Of a stretch of 64,000 bases of DNA, positions 50,963 through 64,000 are shown one piece after another. Source of the DNA: Azolla caroliniana (lineage: Eukaryota; Plantae; Polypodiophyta); assembly GCA_043228905.1 (NCBI GenBank), contig JBHGNT010000014.1:11470001-11534000 (forward strand). Direction: 5' to 3'. A program made the translations under genes and the position numbers. The number at the start of each line of letters is the position of its first letter. The stretch's first letter is position 1. The notes beneath the pieces are model-generated. The model had not been told where the DNA came from and ran no database searches. It saw nothing but the letters and a program-made list of their open reading frames with translations.

Positions 50963-53900
50963 TCCATTTAATCAAGATGTACGAGGTCATTGAAGAAGTT
51001 GCTCGAAAGGATGATGAAGCACATGTACTAACAAAATACAAGACAGTGGAGAAGAAGGTTCATCCTATTGCTGCTCCACTTCCAGGGGATAGTGAAAAGA
51101 CAATCAAAGAAGCAGCCACAGAGCCAATGATCAGAGACCCACGAAAGGTAGGACATGTGTTTACTCCGGAAACAATACAAGGGATGAAAATAGGAGGGGG
51201 TGACTTCCTATTACCCGCTGAAGAAAAGCAGTTCAGGGAGATGTTAAAAAAGCATGGAAAGGCGTTCGCATTCCAACCAGAGGAAATAGGGTGTGTGGAT
51301 CCAGAAATTGTGGAGCCCATGGTTATATTCACTATCCCTCATATTCCATGGAACTTTAAGCCAATACCCATGCCTAGGGCTAGAATCCCTCAACTATTAG
51401 AACTTTTGAAAGAAAAGATAAGGATGGGTATCTTGGAACCATCGAACGCTCCTTACTCGAGTCGATGGTTCACTGTGTTAAAGAAAGATGGGCGACTCCG
51501 ATTTATCCAAGATATGCAACCCGTGAATAAGGTAACAATCCGAAACTCGGGAGTAGGGCCAATTGTGGATGAGTTTGCTGAGATGTTTGCAGGAAGAGCT
51601 ATATATTCAATGGGAGACCTTTATTCCGGGTATGATCAATTTCAACTTGTTATCAAAAGTCGAGATATAACTTCTATCAAGACACCTATAGGGTTAGTAT
51701 GGATGTGCACCTTGCCGCAAGGAGCGACCAACTCAATGGCGCATATGATGAATGGAATGAACAAGGTACTTCGTGATTTTATTCCTCATATTACAATGCC
51801 TTTTCTAGATGATGTTCCAAGTAAGGGATGCAAGGAGGAAGAGAAGAACGAAGAATTGGACGAAAGTGGTTGCCATCAATTTGTTGTTGATCATATGAAG
51901 GATTGTGAGAAGGTGCTATCAAGGATGGAAGAAGTGCATTTGACCTTATCAGGGGTGAAGTCAATATTTGGGGCAAAAGAGATATTAATAGTTGGTCATA
52001 TGTGTGGCCCATACGGGAGAAAGCCATCCCCAACCAAGGTCAATGCAATTCAAAATATGCAAGAGGAATGTACATCCGTCTCAGAAGTACGAAGGTTTCT
52101 GGGGGTATGTGTTTTTGACTGTAAATGGATTCCACATTATGCCCATTTATCTGAACCTTTATATAGACTCCTAAGAAAAGGAAAGATATTTGAATGGAGT
52201 GAAGAGCATTCAGAGGCAATGAAGAAATTGAAGTGCTACTTAGCACAAGCTCCACCATTAAAGCAACCTGACTACACCCGGCCCATATATCTTACAGTAG
52301 ACTCTAGTCCCATTGGAATTGGATGGGTGATAAGCCAACAAGATGGGGAAGAAATGTATCCGATCCGATTCGGAGCAAAGGTTCTTAGTGGTCGACAAAG
52401 AAAATATGCACAGGTGAAAAGAGAGCTATGGGGGATAGTAACAGCAGTAAAGACAGACAGAGATTACTTAATTGGTGCTGAAGTAATAATAGAAACAGAT
52501 TGTTTGCCTATTCTTGGTATCATAGGTAATTGTGATATTCCAAATCAAGCCATGTTAAGATGGTGTATCTATATTAGATCAGTCAACCCTGAAGTTCGAC
52601 ATATCTCTGGGAATAGAAATGCAGTAGCAGATATGTTATCAAGAGCAAGGTATGAGGAAGAGGAGATTCCAGACTCGGACGATGGGGACAAAGAACAAAC
52701 AATCATTACCACAAGCATTACCCGGGAAGGAGGAATGCAGTTTCTAGAAGAGGAGTATGAAGAAGAATTCAAGGAAATAGGGAAATACCTACAAACCCCT
52801 GACAAGTACAAAGGTCAATCTGGAAAAGAGTTCGCACAGTTTCGCAAGAAAGCCCATAAGTTCTTCCTGCATGAAGGATATCTATGGCGACATCTGAAAA
52901 CCAAGATTGGAAACCCGCAAAGAGTAATAGGTTCTGAAGGGCAAAGAAAGGAGATAATTAGAGAGCTGCATGACAAAAAATGGGCTGGTCATTGAGTGTG
53001 GGCCACTTTCAGTAAGATTAAAGAACGATTTTGGTGGCCTCGATACTATGAGCAAATAAAAAAGTATGTGGAAACTTGTCCCACTTGTCAATATTATTCA
53101 AACGTAAAATTTTGTGATGAATTACACCCAACATACTCACCGGGGGTGCATTACAAGTGGATGATAGATTTGGTAACAATGCCACTTGGAGTAAGACAAA
53201 AGAGATACTTGGTTCTTGCTAGAGAAGATCTAACAAATCAAGTGGAAGGCCGTTCATTGCGAACAAAAGGGACATTAGGAGTATCTCAATTCATCTTGGA
53301 GGAAATTGTTTGTAGATATGGATGTATCGGGAAGATAGTGGCAGATAGGGGAGAACTCAATTTTGCGGAAGCTCAAGATTTTTTCGACAAAATAGGAATT
53401 TGGCTTTCTTTGACAACGGCGTACAATCCAGAAGCTAATGGAAAGGTAGAAAGGGGACATGGGCCAATAGTCAAAGCTTTGGCAAAGGCATGTAGAGGAC
53501 GGGTCAGTGATTGGCCAAAAACCTTACCCTATGCACTATAGGCTGATAGGACAACTCACAGCACTGTTACTGGATATATGCCTGCAGAATTAATCACAGG
53601 ACAGAAGCCAATAATGCCAATTGAAGAAAAGATAACTACATGGGATGTGTTGCCTTGGGAATCAGAAATGAGTAGGGAAGATTTACTTGCGGTTCGAATA
53701 CGACAACTTCAATCAAGGACAGAAGACATAGAAAAAGCAGCTACTAGATTGAAAGAGGCAAGAATCAAGAATAAGGACAGATTTGACAAGATGAAAAGAA
53801 TACGACCAAGAAAGGTGCAAGAGGGAGATTGGGTATTAGTATATGAGAATAGCCTAGATAATCAATACAATACTATTCGGAAGTTTGCAAAAAGATGGTT

Positions 53901-54132
53901 TGGACCTTATGAAGTTAGGAAAATAACAGATAAAGCCACATATTTCCTCAATGAATTAGATGGGACAGAAATTCGTATCCCAATTGCAAGAAAAAGGATT
54001 AAAATATTTAAAAGGAGGGAGTCATTAGAGCCTGAATTTTATGAAGAAGTAGAAGAACTAAAAGAATCGGAAGAAGTGTTGGAAGAACTCTGCACAACCA
54101 ATGTGCAAGTTCAGAGGGGGTGGGTGTCGTGA
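50963..54132 (+). pseudogene. pol: Gypsy pol (RT-RNaseH-integrase) downstream of the DNA-transposon insertion; its first about 98 codons lie at 43072-43367
   Basis: Homologous to ORF 7..2532 (DLYSGYDQ, PFLDD, AREDLTNQVEGR, WFGPY); in-frame stops at 52993-52995 and 53539-53541. Confidence 0.9.
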
Positions 54133-57100
54133 AGAATGTGCTTCACGATATAAAAATGAGCTTAAATGTTGTATTTAATAATATTTGAGAGACTTGAACC
54201 CACATCCTTAGATACGATGTACAATGTACATATCACTAGGCTAGGCTATTTATTTGTGAAAGTGTGTAATAAATGTGCTTCATGATATAAGAATGAAGCT
54301 ATATATTATATTAAGTAAAACTGAGGAACTTGAACCCTCAACCTTGTATACCAAGCACCAAGCATACACCACTAAGCTAGGTTAATTATTTTAGAATACA
54401 TTTTCATCATTATGCTTATCTCATATCTATTTTCATACATAGCCATCATTCATCACATGCAATGCATGTGCGCCAAATGACGATCATGCATTACATGTAA
54501 CTCATGCATTGCATGCATGCCATGCTCCCATACATTACCATATGCATGGAAACACTTATATAAAGAGGGGAAAGGGAAAACAAGGTAAGGAATCAAGAGA
54601 GAGTGAGAAAATAATACAATCAAATAAAGAAGACTAGCTCATTGGGTGGAGAACCTCTCGTTTCGAAGTTGAGGTCGTGGGTTCAAATCAAGGGTCGGTA
54701 TTCAAAAGATTCGTCTTGTGATCAAGGATTGTAAAGTTGGTAAAATATTATATTTTTAATATACATCATGTTTATATCATATACTCTTGTTCCTTGAATC
54801 ATACTTTGTCTTGATCTTCTTTCTTGAATCATACATTGTCTCTATCTTTTATCTATGCTCGTCTCTCTCTCTCTCTCTCACAAACACACACACATTACTC
54901 ATAACTCTTCGTCTTACTATCCTTAACCATTCTATCATCACCATACAAGCCTTCTTAAAAGTTAAGCTCCTTCAACTCCCCTTAACCTTAGTCCGTGCGA
55001 CTTCGCCGCACGAACCACAACTACCCTGACAGCGTAGGCTTCGCATCCGAATTCACGGAGCCTATCGTAGGTCGTTTGTTTGCCTGACCATAGTGCCTAT
55101 GGCACCTCAGGCTTGGTTGCCCTCAACGGTGATAGATTTACCAATTATATTGCCATCTACAATGCTTTAGCCCAGAACTCCAGCTTCAGTGCAACTTGTT
55201 GAAGCATTGTTGTCACCCTCTCCTGGATCGTTCAGTTGATCCGTTCTGCATGGGTGTGTAACGAACGGTCTTTTGATGCCGGATCCCTTTGTTCAACAGG
55301 AATTGCTTGAAGGCTCTGGAGGTATATTCGCCTCCGTTGTCGGATCAGAGTGTCTTCACTTTGTGTCCCGATCGGTTCTCCACTTCAGATGTGCACTGAG
55401 TGAAGATCTTCAGTGCTTCGTCTTTGGAGCTGATCGAGTAGGCCCAGAGCTTGCGTGTATAATCATCTACAAAGGTGATGAAGTACCGGGAGCCTCCTAG
55501 TGATCGCTCTAGCATGGGCCCACATATATCTGTGTGCACGAGCTTTAGGGGCTTTCATACCATCTCGTAGTGGAGAGCGTGCGGACTTCGTGTCTGTTTC
55601 CCTTTATCAACAATGCTCGCAGAAATCAGTCTTTGCTTGGAGTTTAGGGATGTAGTCATTCGCCATTAGCCGATCAAGTCCGGTTTGAGACATATGGCCA
55701 AGTTTGCCATGCCATAGGTTTGGGTCAGTCTTTTTATTTACGTTCACGACCTCTTCTGGATTGATCGCCATTAATGGGTGCAAGTTATTGTACTTGTGCC
55801 CGCCTCCTATCTTTAGGTTTCCTCAGTTGATCATCCATGTCGACTCACTTAGAGTCATTCGGTACCCGTCTTCAGCCAACATGCCGAGCGAAACCAGACT
55901 CCTTTTCAAATCGGGTACTTGCCGGACTTGGTACAAGGTGATCATTTTGCCATTGGGCAATCGGATGGGAACCTCTCCGGTCCCTGCGATTTTGCACTCT
56001 GGCCCGTTGCCTAGTCGGATTGTGTCGTTGTCCTTGGCTGAATACTTCATAAACCATTCTCAACTGGGTGCAAGTTGCTGTTGAAGGATGTCTGACACGT
56101 TCTGGAGGTTCAGCCGATCATCTAGATGATGAAGGCTACACAAGTAGCATCTGGAACAGAGTCATGAAATTTAGCAAAGGAAGCTTGATCGTGGGTCAAG
56201 CCTGGAAGATCAACACGCTATACCTGATGCATGCCCGGATATGCTGGGATGAAGTGAACGTAGCATCCGACACTGCTGGTGAGATATGGCACAACAGACT
56301 ATGTCACATGAGCTCGAACAGGATGAGAAGACTTGCTGAGGATAACCTCATTCCGAAGGTGAAAGATGTGCACTTACGGTTTGGCCGGCAAGCAATTGAG
56401 AAGTGCACCAACTGTTTGGCCGGCAAGCAAAACCAAACCTCCTTCCGATCAAGACCATCAATGAGACAGAATGCACCACTAGAGCTGGTGCATACCGATG
56501 TGTGTCAAATGGACACGAAGTCACATGCCGGTTCGCAATACTTCGTGACATTCATAGATGCCCACAACTGGAAGCTGTGGGTTTCACTATTGAAGACGAA
56601 GGATCGGGTGTTGTCCGTCTTCAAGGAGCTCCACACGATAGTGGAAAGGGAAACTAGCCGGAAGTTGAAGGCGGTTTGAGCAGATAATGGAGGAGAATAC
56701 TGGGGGCAGTTCGAGGAGTACTGTCGGTCGAAGGGAATCCGTCTCAAATTCACGGACCATAATGGAGAGAGTTCGAAGCATGCTAGCACATGCAAAACTA
56801 TCCAGGATGTTTTGGGCTGAGGCGCTGATGACGGCGACGTACGTGATTAACAGATCACCCTCGGCACCCTTGGAAGGAGACAACCCATAGAGAGTATGGA
56901 TCAGTAAAGACGTGTCTTACCAGCATCTAAAGGTGTTCGAGTGTCTCGCATATGTGCATGTCGCAAAGGATAAGAGAGAAAAGTTGAACCCGGAGTCCCG
57001 GTCATGCATATTCCTTGGATACGACGATGATGAGTTCGGTTATCGAGTGTGGGATCTAGTCGACAAGAAGGTGTTCTGGAGTCGGGACATAGTCTTCATG

Positions 57101-59166
57101 GAAGACAAGACCATTGCCGACTGGGAGTCAAAGAAGCAGATGGACTCTAGATCAACCAACGAAAACCAGTTTGAGGACACAAGGACTTGGCTGAAAACTG
57201 AAAGTTAGCCGGTAACCAAATGTCACTTGATGAACCGACCGGATTCAGACAAGAAACCAAACCGACCAAAGAGGACGAAGAAGAAGACACCGGAACCGGA
57301 CAAGACCCGGAATCGGATTTGGATGAGGAACAAACGGAGGAACCGGTTGCCAGAAACCAAGGTCGGAGATATCCTCTCAGAGAAAGAAGGCCCCCCCGGA
57401 GATTTCCGAATGCAGAACATGTGTTGCTGACTGACGAGGGGTAGCCGGAAAGCTTCGAGGAAGCAAAGAGAGACACCCACAACCGCAAGTGGTTAAGTGC
57501 CATGCAGGACGAGATGGATTCCTTACATGAGAACCACACATATGAATTGACGGAGTTGCCGAAAGGAAAGAGGGCCCTCCGGAACAAGTCGGTGTACAAG
57601 TTGAAACCGGGAGACGCCGGAAATCCAACGAGGTACAAGGCCCGGATCGTGAAGGGTTTTCAACAGAAGAAAGGAGTGGACTTCGACGAGGTCTTTGCCC
57701 CGGTAGTAAAGATGACATCCATTTGGACGGTGTTGAGCATAGCGGCAAACATGAACCTCGAGGTAGAGCAACTGGACGTCAAGACGACATTCCTACATGG
57801 CGACCTCGAAGAAGAGATCTACATGCAGCAACCACAAGGATTTGAGAAGAACGGGAGGAGCACCTAGTGTGCCGGTTGAAGAAGAGCTTATACGGACTAA
57901 AACAAGCTCCCCGGCAATGGTACCGGAAGTTCGACTCCTTCATGACCGACCGAGGGTACCACAAGACGCAAGCTGACTACTCCACAAGGCGACTTCTAGA
58001 TACTCTTGTTGTATGTAGAGGACATGTTGATCATCGGACCCGATTGAACCAAAATAGGAAATCTGAGAAGGCCCTGAACCAGACCTTCTCAATGAAAGAT
58101 TTGGGTCCGAAAAGAATGATTTTGGGGATGCACATCATCCGGGACCAGTCGAAGAAGCTGTTGTGGCTGTCACAGGACAAGTACGTGACAAAGGTGCTTC
58201 AAAGGTTCAACATGTCGGAGGCGAAACTGGTGGGATCGACACTTCCGGAAAATTGCAAGTTTTCCGGAAAGCAGAGCCCGAAGACAAAGGCAGAGAAGTC
58301 AAATATGAAGAAGATACCATATGCCTCTGCCGTTGGAAGCTTAATGTACACAATGGTGTGCACCCGACCAGATATTGCATATGTTGTTGGAGTAGTCAGC
58401 CAGTTCATGAGCAATCCGGGAAGAGAGCACTGGAACACGGTCAAGTGGATACTCCGGTACTTGAAAGGCACCTCGAGTATGTACCTTCAGTTTAGCTTAG
58501 GTAAACCCCAACTGGAAGGCTTTACGAATTCGGATATGTCGGCTAATGTGGATACCGGCCGGTCTACATCTGGATATGTCACGACCTATGCAGGGGGAGC
58601 CATATCGTGGTAGTTGAGACTGCAGAAGTCCATTGCACTGTCGACAATGGAAGCAGAGTACATGGCAGCTATGGAAGCCGGCAAGGAAGTAATCTGGATG
58701 AAGGACGTCATCGGAGAGCTAGGGATCCGGTAGGAGGAATTCTGGCTCTACTGCGACAGTGAAAGTACCATCTACCTTGTGAAGAATGCGGCCTACCATT
58801 CTTGGATGAAGCACATCCGGCGGAGGTATCACTGGATCCGGGAGAGAGTACAAGATCAAGATTTCATGCAGATGAAGATCCACACAAAGGAGAACAGATC
58901 GGATATGCTGACCAAGGTCCTTTCAACTAACAAGTTGGACACATGCCGAAGACGCATCAGATTAATGAAAAATACCATGTCGGAGTGAAGGGGGAGTTTG
59001 TTGGGAATTCGGTCCCTCTGAATGGGATTCAAAGGAGCCAGATTGAAAGAGCTGGATGAAGGAACCGGATCCAGAGGGGTTCTGAATGAGACCCGGAAAT
59101 TGGATCAAGTGAATACGGATGGATCCGGTGCAAACCGAATCCAAGGACATATGTGTAAATATGTTT

Positions 59167-61179
59167 AACACGTTCGCGTTCACAAATGGAAGGATCGCGC
59201 ATAAATGGAAGGATCAGGAATATTTTGATTGATTTTAGTACTTTTTCAATGACTTTACAAAACACATTGATACCAGTATTATACATGTTCAAATATACTA
59301 TCAAAAAGGTTAAAAATCCATTATTTGCGTGATTTAGAAAAAAAAGAAAGAGAGGAATTTCAAAAAGTTACATTCTCAATTTATATCACAAACTTTACAA
59401 CCAATGTTATTTTATAAGAAACGATTTTCATAGAAATCATAAGAATTCAATTTAACACATGCTTTTATGTTACTCGATTTGTTACAAGCGGAATGTAGTT
59501 ACACTTGATAGCCAAAAATACATTCATGATCACTCCTTTACGGAGAATCACTACTATAACTAATATACAATGACGATTCCTGCTCGTCATCCTCGAATGT
59601 ACCAATCAATGCATTACCTTCGTCATAAATCAAATGGTTTGACTCTAGATTATATGTAACATATCTCGTTTGCCTTCGACTCGAGCCACCTTGTAGACCT
59701 GGTAATTTTCGTTTTATTATATCTATTGTTGACTTCCTTAATCATCCGTCTTTTGTAAGGGTGAAGTCGTACACGATGATATCCACATCAGAGATATCAA
59801 GGGTTGAGGTGTTACGAATGTTTCGCTTCCTCTTCCTACCTCCCCTTGTCGTTGGGCATTCAATCATCTCCAATGTATACTTACCCGTAAAAGCATTTGC
59901 ACTTCTAGTGTTGTACCAATGAACTTTTATAGACTTGATCGTGTTTTCTATTTCATGCATTAGCACTTCTAGAATTTTACCGACCCAAAATTAGTGGCCA
60001 TGTGAGTTCTCATCAACAGGTGTTGCCATCAACATCCCCGCCGCGAGCTCTTGCAAATTGCCTTACCATCTAGCTTCGGCTGCTTTGGTCATCCGTGACC
60101 CACATAAATGTCTCTTTGTTGTGGATGGACCAAACTGTCATTAATCGCATTTGCTGGTTGCTTTGGAGTTTTATTTACACGATCATGTTGTAGCGACCAT
60201 GTGAATGGCGTTTCGAAATTCCAATTATCACCAAATACACAATTGTCTATAATTTCTTTCTGATCACTAAAAAAGACATCCCACAATGATGTGTCGTGTT
60301 GTGCGACATATTTCTTTGCAGCCTCAATATGCTTTCTTTTTACTTGTAAGGATTGGAGCCATAATTGTTTTTGTTCCGATGCCAAGTCACTATGCAACTG
60401 TCTTTTCTTCTCAATTGGCATTTGTTTAGCTCCATGGACAATTGTACTCGGCATACAAAGTAATAACTGGCAACCACCTTCAAGTTCCCATGTTATAGAA
60501 GATGAATATTGTTTAGCATACAAAATCGTAGAACCACTTATTTCATTTTTCTTTATCATAAAAATGTGATTGAAGCTTATATTGTTTAACTGGGCGAGCA
60601 CTTTAACATTCCCAACACCCCCATATGATATATCTCTTAACGTCATATACCTCCTTCAAGTGTAACACTTTTGGGCATGGTGTATATGCATCACAAATGA
60701 CATCAAATAGTTTTGGTACTGTGAAAGCATCATGCCGAGACAACTATCTGGAGAATGTGCTAAACATCTGATCTATATGATCATGTGTGTGGCCAACCAA
60801 AAGAAAATTGACTTTCACTTTTCTAAACAATCCTTGGTTGACCGACATACTTAGATAGCCAAACACAATTGTCTATAATCCAAGGACATATAAGTCTTGA
60901 ATTGAGTGTTTGCCATGTCGCACATTAATGAGATATTGGGCCATTGTTGAACTTTATTATGCCTACATTAACTTATCAACACATCCAAACTTATTTGAAT
61001 TTCTAATGTTCTCCACTCGGAGACCTATCATGTATTTTTATATTTGCAAATTCTAATCAAGTTGTGGAACATGTGGTACTAGTGCATCCAATTTTTGTAG
61101 AGAGGGTATATTTGGATATTTTCAAGAAGACTCTACAAGTGGAATGCGCGATCCTTCCACTTGTGAACGGGAACGTGTT
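59167..61179 (-). mobile_element. Internally deleted Sola-like DNA transposon of a second, diverged family (2013 bp)
   Basis: 36-bp TIRs with 2 mismatches (59167-59202 and 61144-61179), AACAC...GTGTT ends, perfect 4-bp TSD GTTT. Minus-strand transposase fragments: VNFLLVGHTHDHIDQMFS, LNNISFNHIF, VHWYNT...FTGKY. Confidence 0.9.
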
Positions 61180-61300
61180 GTTTCATGGTGAGGCTATATT
61201 TGTAAATAGCCCAAAAGTCATATAAGTATAAATATGACTTAGGGCAATCACTTTAGTAGATGGTGTAACAGTTAGAGGTGTTGTAGTTGTATCATAAGAG

Positions 61301-61302
<2 letters not shown>

Positions 61303-61334
<32 letters not shown>
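61303..61334. repeat. (AG)n microsatellite within the Copia LTR
   Basis: About 15 AG units. Confidence 0.85.
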
Positions 61335-61337
<3 letters not shown>

Positions 61338-61565
61338 GAAGCCGCCAGTTGGCGAAGATAAAGAGCTCGAGGTCATTGCCTCTAAGTCTCCTGTTGTACC
61401 TCCTTTCTCATATAGTGATAGTAACTGTCGGAGTTTGTGGGCTCTTGTGGTTTTTCCCTATTAGGGCTTTCCATGTAAACATCCTGTGTCGTTTCTTCTG
61501 TGTAAGTGTACGAACCTCCATTTCTGTTTTGTTCTTTCATAAAGTATTCTTTCATAAAGTGTTTG

Positions 61566-64000
61566 TACGAACCTCGCGATCGGAGGCCGCTGGCTGGGCA
61601 GCGGTGCATGTGGTGTGACACGATTGGTCACATTCAGAAGGATTGCGCGGATTTCGCCGACGCGCTCAGGACCAACGTGGTGTACCTCTGGAACGGGCGG
61701 GTGCACGCGAGCGAGACCCGGAGAGCCCTAGAACTGAATACGGGGCGCGGCGGAATGAAGAGGTTGATGGAAGAGGCCCCGACATGGCATGTCGAAGCCG
61801 TCAACTACTCGATGTCGGTGGGAATTCGGGTTAGGGGTGATGAGACCCGGAAGGCGAAGGACTCCGGATTCTGGCCTCTAGTGCTAGAAGGCCTCTCCGG
61901 AGTTCGGCTGAGGAAGGAAGAGGCGAACCGCGCGGAACAGCGGGTCCAAGAGGTCACTGGTTGGGACGATCCGGTCGAAGAGAAAACGGGCTTCGTAGAA
62001 GCCACTTGCCAGAACTACGAGGTTCTGGTGGAGGACAAACGGGCAGGAAAGGACGGAGGGGTCGGACCCCCGAGGTATGAGACCCGGTTCGGACCGAAAC
62101 CAACCGGTGCCGGCAACCCAGGCGCGCCAGACGGAAAGAAGCAGGCAGGGTTTCGGTTGAGCACCGAGATCAAAAGGACCATAGACCTGCGAAAGGTCCT
62201 GGACAAACGTATCCACAACAGCAAAGTGGAGCTGTCATTGCGGGAGGTGCTGGGAATCACCAAGAGGGAGTTCCACGACTCTATCGAAGACTTGGTGAAG
62301 CGCAAGAGGCTCTCGACGGAGCTGGAACCGGAGAAGCCGGTGGAGGTACGGACCACACACCTGGAAGATGAAGCCCTGGAAGACGAGCTAGCGGGAAGCC
62401 ACTACACGAAGCTGCATTGGGCTAGGGCGACTACGGAAACCCCTGTACGGATTGGGAACGTTCTGGAACTGGTGGTGGCATTGGTAGACCATGGATCCGA
62501 AATCAACCTGATGTCCATGGATTTCTACAAGAAGGGTAAATGGCCGATCAACACCAAGCATGATTGGAAGATACGGGCAGCGACGCGCGCCACGGAAGAA
62601 CTACATGGGGCCTGTCCGAACGTACGGGTGAAAATCGGCGATGTCGAGATCGACCAGCCCTTCTTTGTGCAGGAGACGTCCTCGCATCCGGTTATACTAG
62701 GAGAGCCATATATCACGGCAGCACAGATGGAGACCAAGGTGTTGGACAACGGTTCAGCCTATGCTAGAGTCAAGAGCCAGGATGGGCGTCACTCGGTCCA
62801 GTTCCCAACGGTGCGACCAAACCACGAGCGTAACCGCGAGGCCCTCGGCAGCGAAACCCGAGGGGATTTTTAGAGAGGGCTATCAAGGCGTGGGGCCACG
62901 ATAGTACGGACACCCGGGAACAACCCCACAAATGTACAGAGCGAAAGAAGACTTGTACCATGGGTAGGAAGTTTTGGTTCTCCGACAATGGAGGTTGTGC
63001 TATAACTGGCGTCAACGGCCGGGAGAGGAAGCGAGCGGAGGAGCGGTTCAAGGGATGCAGAGTCCTCTTCCCTGACGAAGGCATCAGGGGCGCCGTGGAG
63101 GCGGTCTCTTTTGACGACACCTTGGGCGAACTACGAAAGGTGATCAATGAAGACCTTAGAGAAGACCGGACCGTTCTGGTAGGATCGATGGGAATGTACG
63201 AAGTCATCGCGAACATCGGGGAAAGGATCGGGTCGGATCAGACGGCCCGCGTGGATACAAAGTACAAGACGGTGGACTAGAAGGTGAGGCCAGTCGCGGC
63301 ACCCTTGCCGGAGGGCAGCGAGGGGCAGATAAAAGGGGTTGCGTCGGACCCAAGTTTACGGAATCCGGCCGGCATAGGGCACCGGTTCACCGACATAACG
63401 CTACGGGAGCTCAAGGTCGGTGGGGGCGGCTTCCTACTGCCGGCGGAGGAGGACAGGTTTCGGAGAATGCTCGGAAGGCACGGGAAGGCTTTCGGATTCT
63501 CATCGGAGGAGATCGGGTGCGTAGACCCGAAAGTTGTCGAACCGATGGTGATCCTCACGGTACCACATGTACCGTGGAATCTCAAGCCAATTCCGGTGCC
63601 AAGAGCTCACATCCCGAAGTTGATGGAGCTCCTAAAGCAAAAGGTGGAGATGGGCATCCTCAAACCGTCGAGTGCCCTGTATTCGAATCGGTGGTTTACG
63701 GTGCCGAAGAAGAACGGCACGCTGCGCTTCATCCAGGACCTACAACCGGTCAACAGGGTGACCATCCGTAATGCAGGGATCGGACCGACCATAGACGAGT
63801 TCGCGGAGGCCTTCGCTGGAAGGTCGATCTATTCTGTCGGTGATCTGTACTCGGGGTATCATCAGTTCCAACTAGCCGTGGAGAGCAGAGACATTACGAT
63901 GATGCGGACTCCTCTCGGCCTAGTGCGGATGTGTACCCTGCCACAAGGAGGGACGAACTTAGTGGCTCACATGGTGAACGCGATGAACAAAGTGCTCAGG
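61566..64000 (+). mobile_element. Internal part of a Gypsy element (gag zinc knuckle, protease, start of pol), same family as 1-3502; 5' end deleted
   Basis: CMWCDTIGHIQKDC and LVDHGSEINLM; pol in the -1 frame after GGATTTTTAG; 63571-64000 closely matches positions 9-438. Confidence 0.9.

Larger units (their letters stand above)
40015..55031 (+). mobile_element. Full-length decayed Ty3/Gypsy (non-chromodomain lineage) carrying the nested DNA transposon
   Basis: LTRs 40015-40929 and 54125-55031, 4-bp TSD GCAT/GCGT, PBS TGGTGAACCCGACGTGA (40934-40950; complementary to the plant tRNA-Trp 3' end, from recall), PPT 54113-54124. Confidence 0.93.
37985..56070 (-). mobile_element. Decayed Ty1/Copia of a different family, split by the Gypsy at 40015-55031; LTR-like sequence at about 37985-38430 (approximate)
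   Basis: Minus-strand protease/integrase fragments (55032-56060: HTDICGP, FVDDYTRK) join across the Gypsy as GCEAYAFIP, followed by KCIFLGY, RT (PLPCKWVF, YKAQLV) and RNaseH fragments. Confidence 0.8.
56060..61565 (+). mobile_element. 5'-truncated decayed Copia (19042-24564 family) with a 3' LTR from 58999 that is interrupted by a TIR element and truncated near 61565
   Basis: Integrase/RT/RNaseH fragments 56068-58988, PPT GAAGGGGGAG, then TGTTGGGA. LTR sequence resumes at 61184 (TTTGTAAATAGCCC.AAAGTCATAT, as in the 19042 LTR). Confidence 0.85.

Noticed and set aside
50950-50966. ATG start of the 681-aa ORF 50950..52995
   Set aside because: The ATG lies inside the TIR; the real pol frame begins near 43072, before the insertion.
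61506-61565. N-terminus of ORF 61506..62873
   Set aside because: Chimeric read-in from LTR and filler sequence, not part of gag.

Overview
Eukaryotic, TE-dense land-plant DNA (probably a non-seed plant, an inference from the retroelement types). There is one host gene, a four-exon YUCCA-type flavin monooxygenase (9829-12311, +, about 466 aa), surrounded by nested LTR retrotransposons: several Ty1/Copia copies (one near-intact, 19042-24564), a chromodomain-bearing Ty3/Gypsy (25900-34053), and a non-chromodomain Gypsy lineage (1-3502, 40015-55031, 61566-64000, plus a solo LTR). The standout feature is a 7.6-kb DNA transposon (43368-50962) with perfect 33-bp TIRs and a 4-bp TSD (TCCA), inserted into a Gypsy pol. 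It carries a Sola-like DDD transposase with a C-terminal BAH/Tudor-like segment. Divergently from it lies a spliced gene fusing a ParB/Srx-like domain to a bacterial-type beta-class amino (N6A/N4C) DNA methyltransferase, and a perfect 43-bp palindrome sits between the two. Two relatives with the same AACAC...GTGTT ends occur at 3503-4107 and 59167-61179. All family assignments come from motif recognition by eye; no searches were run.
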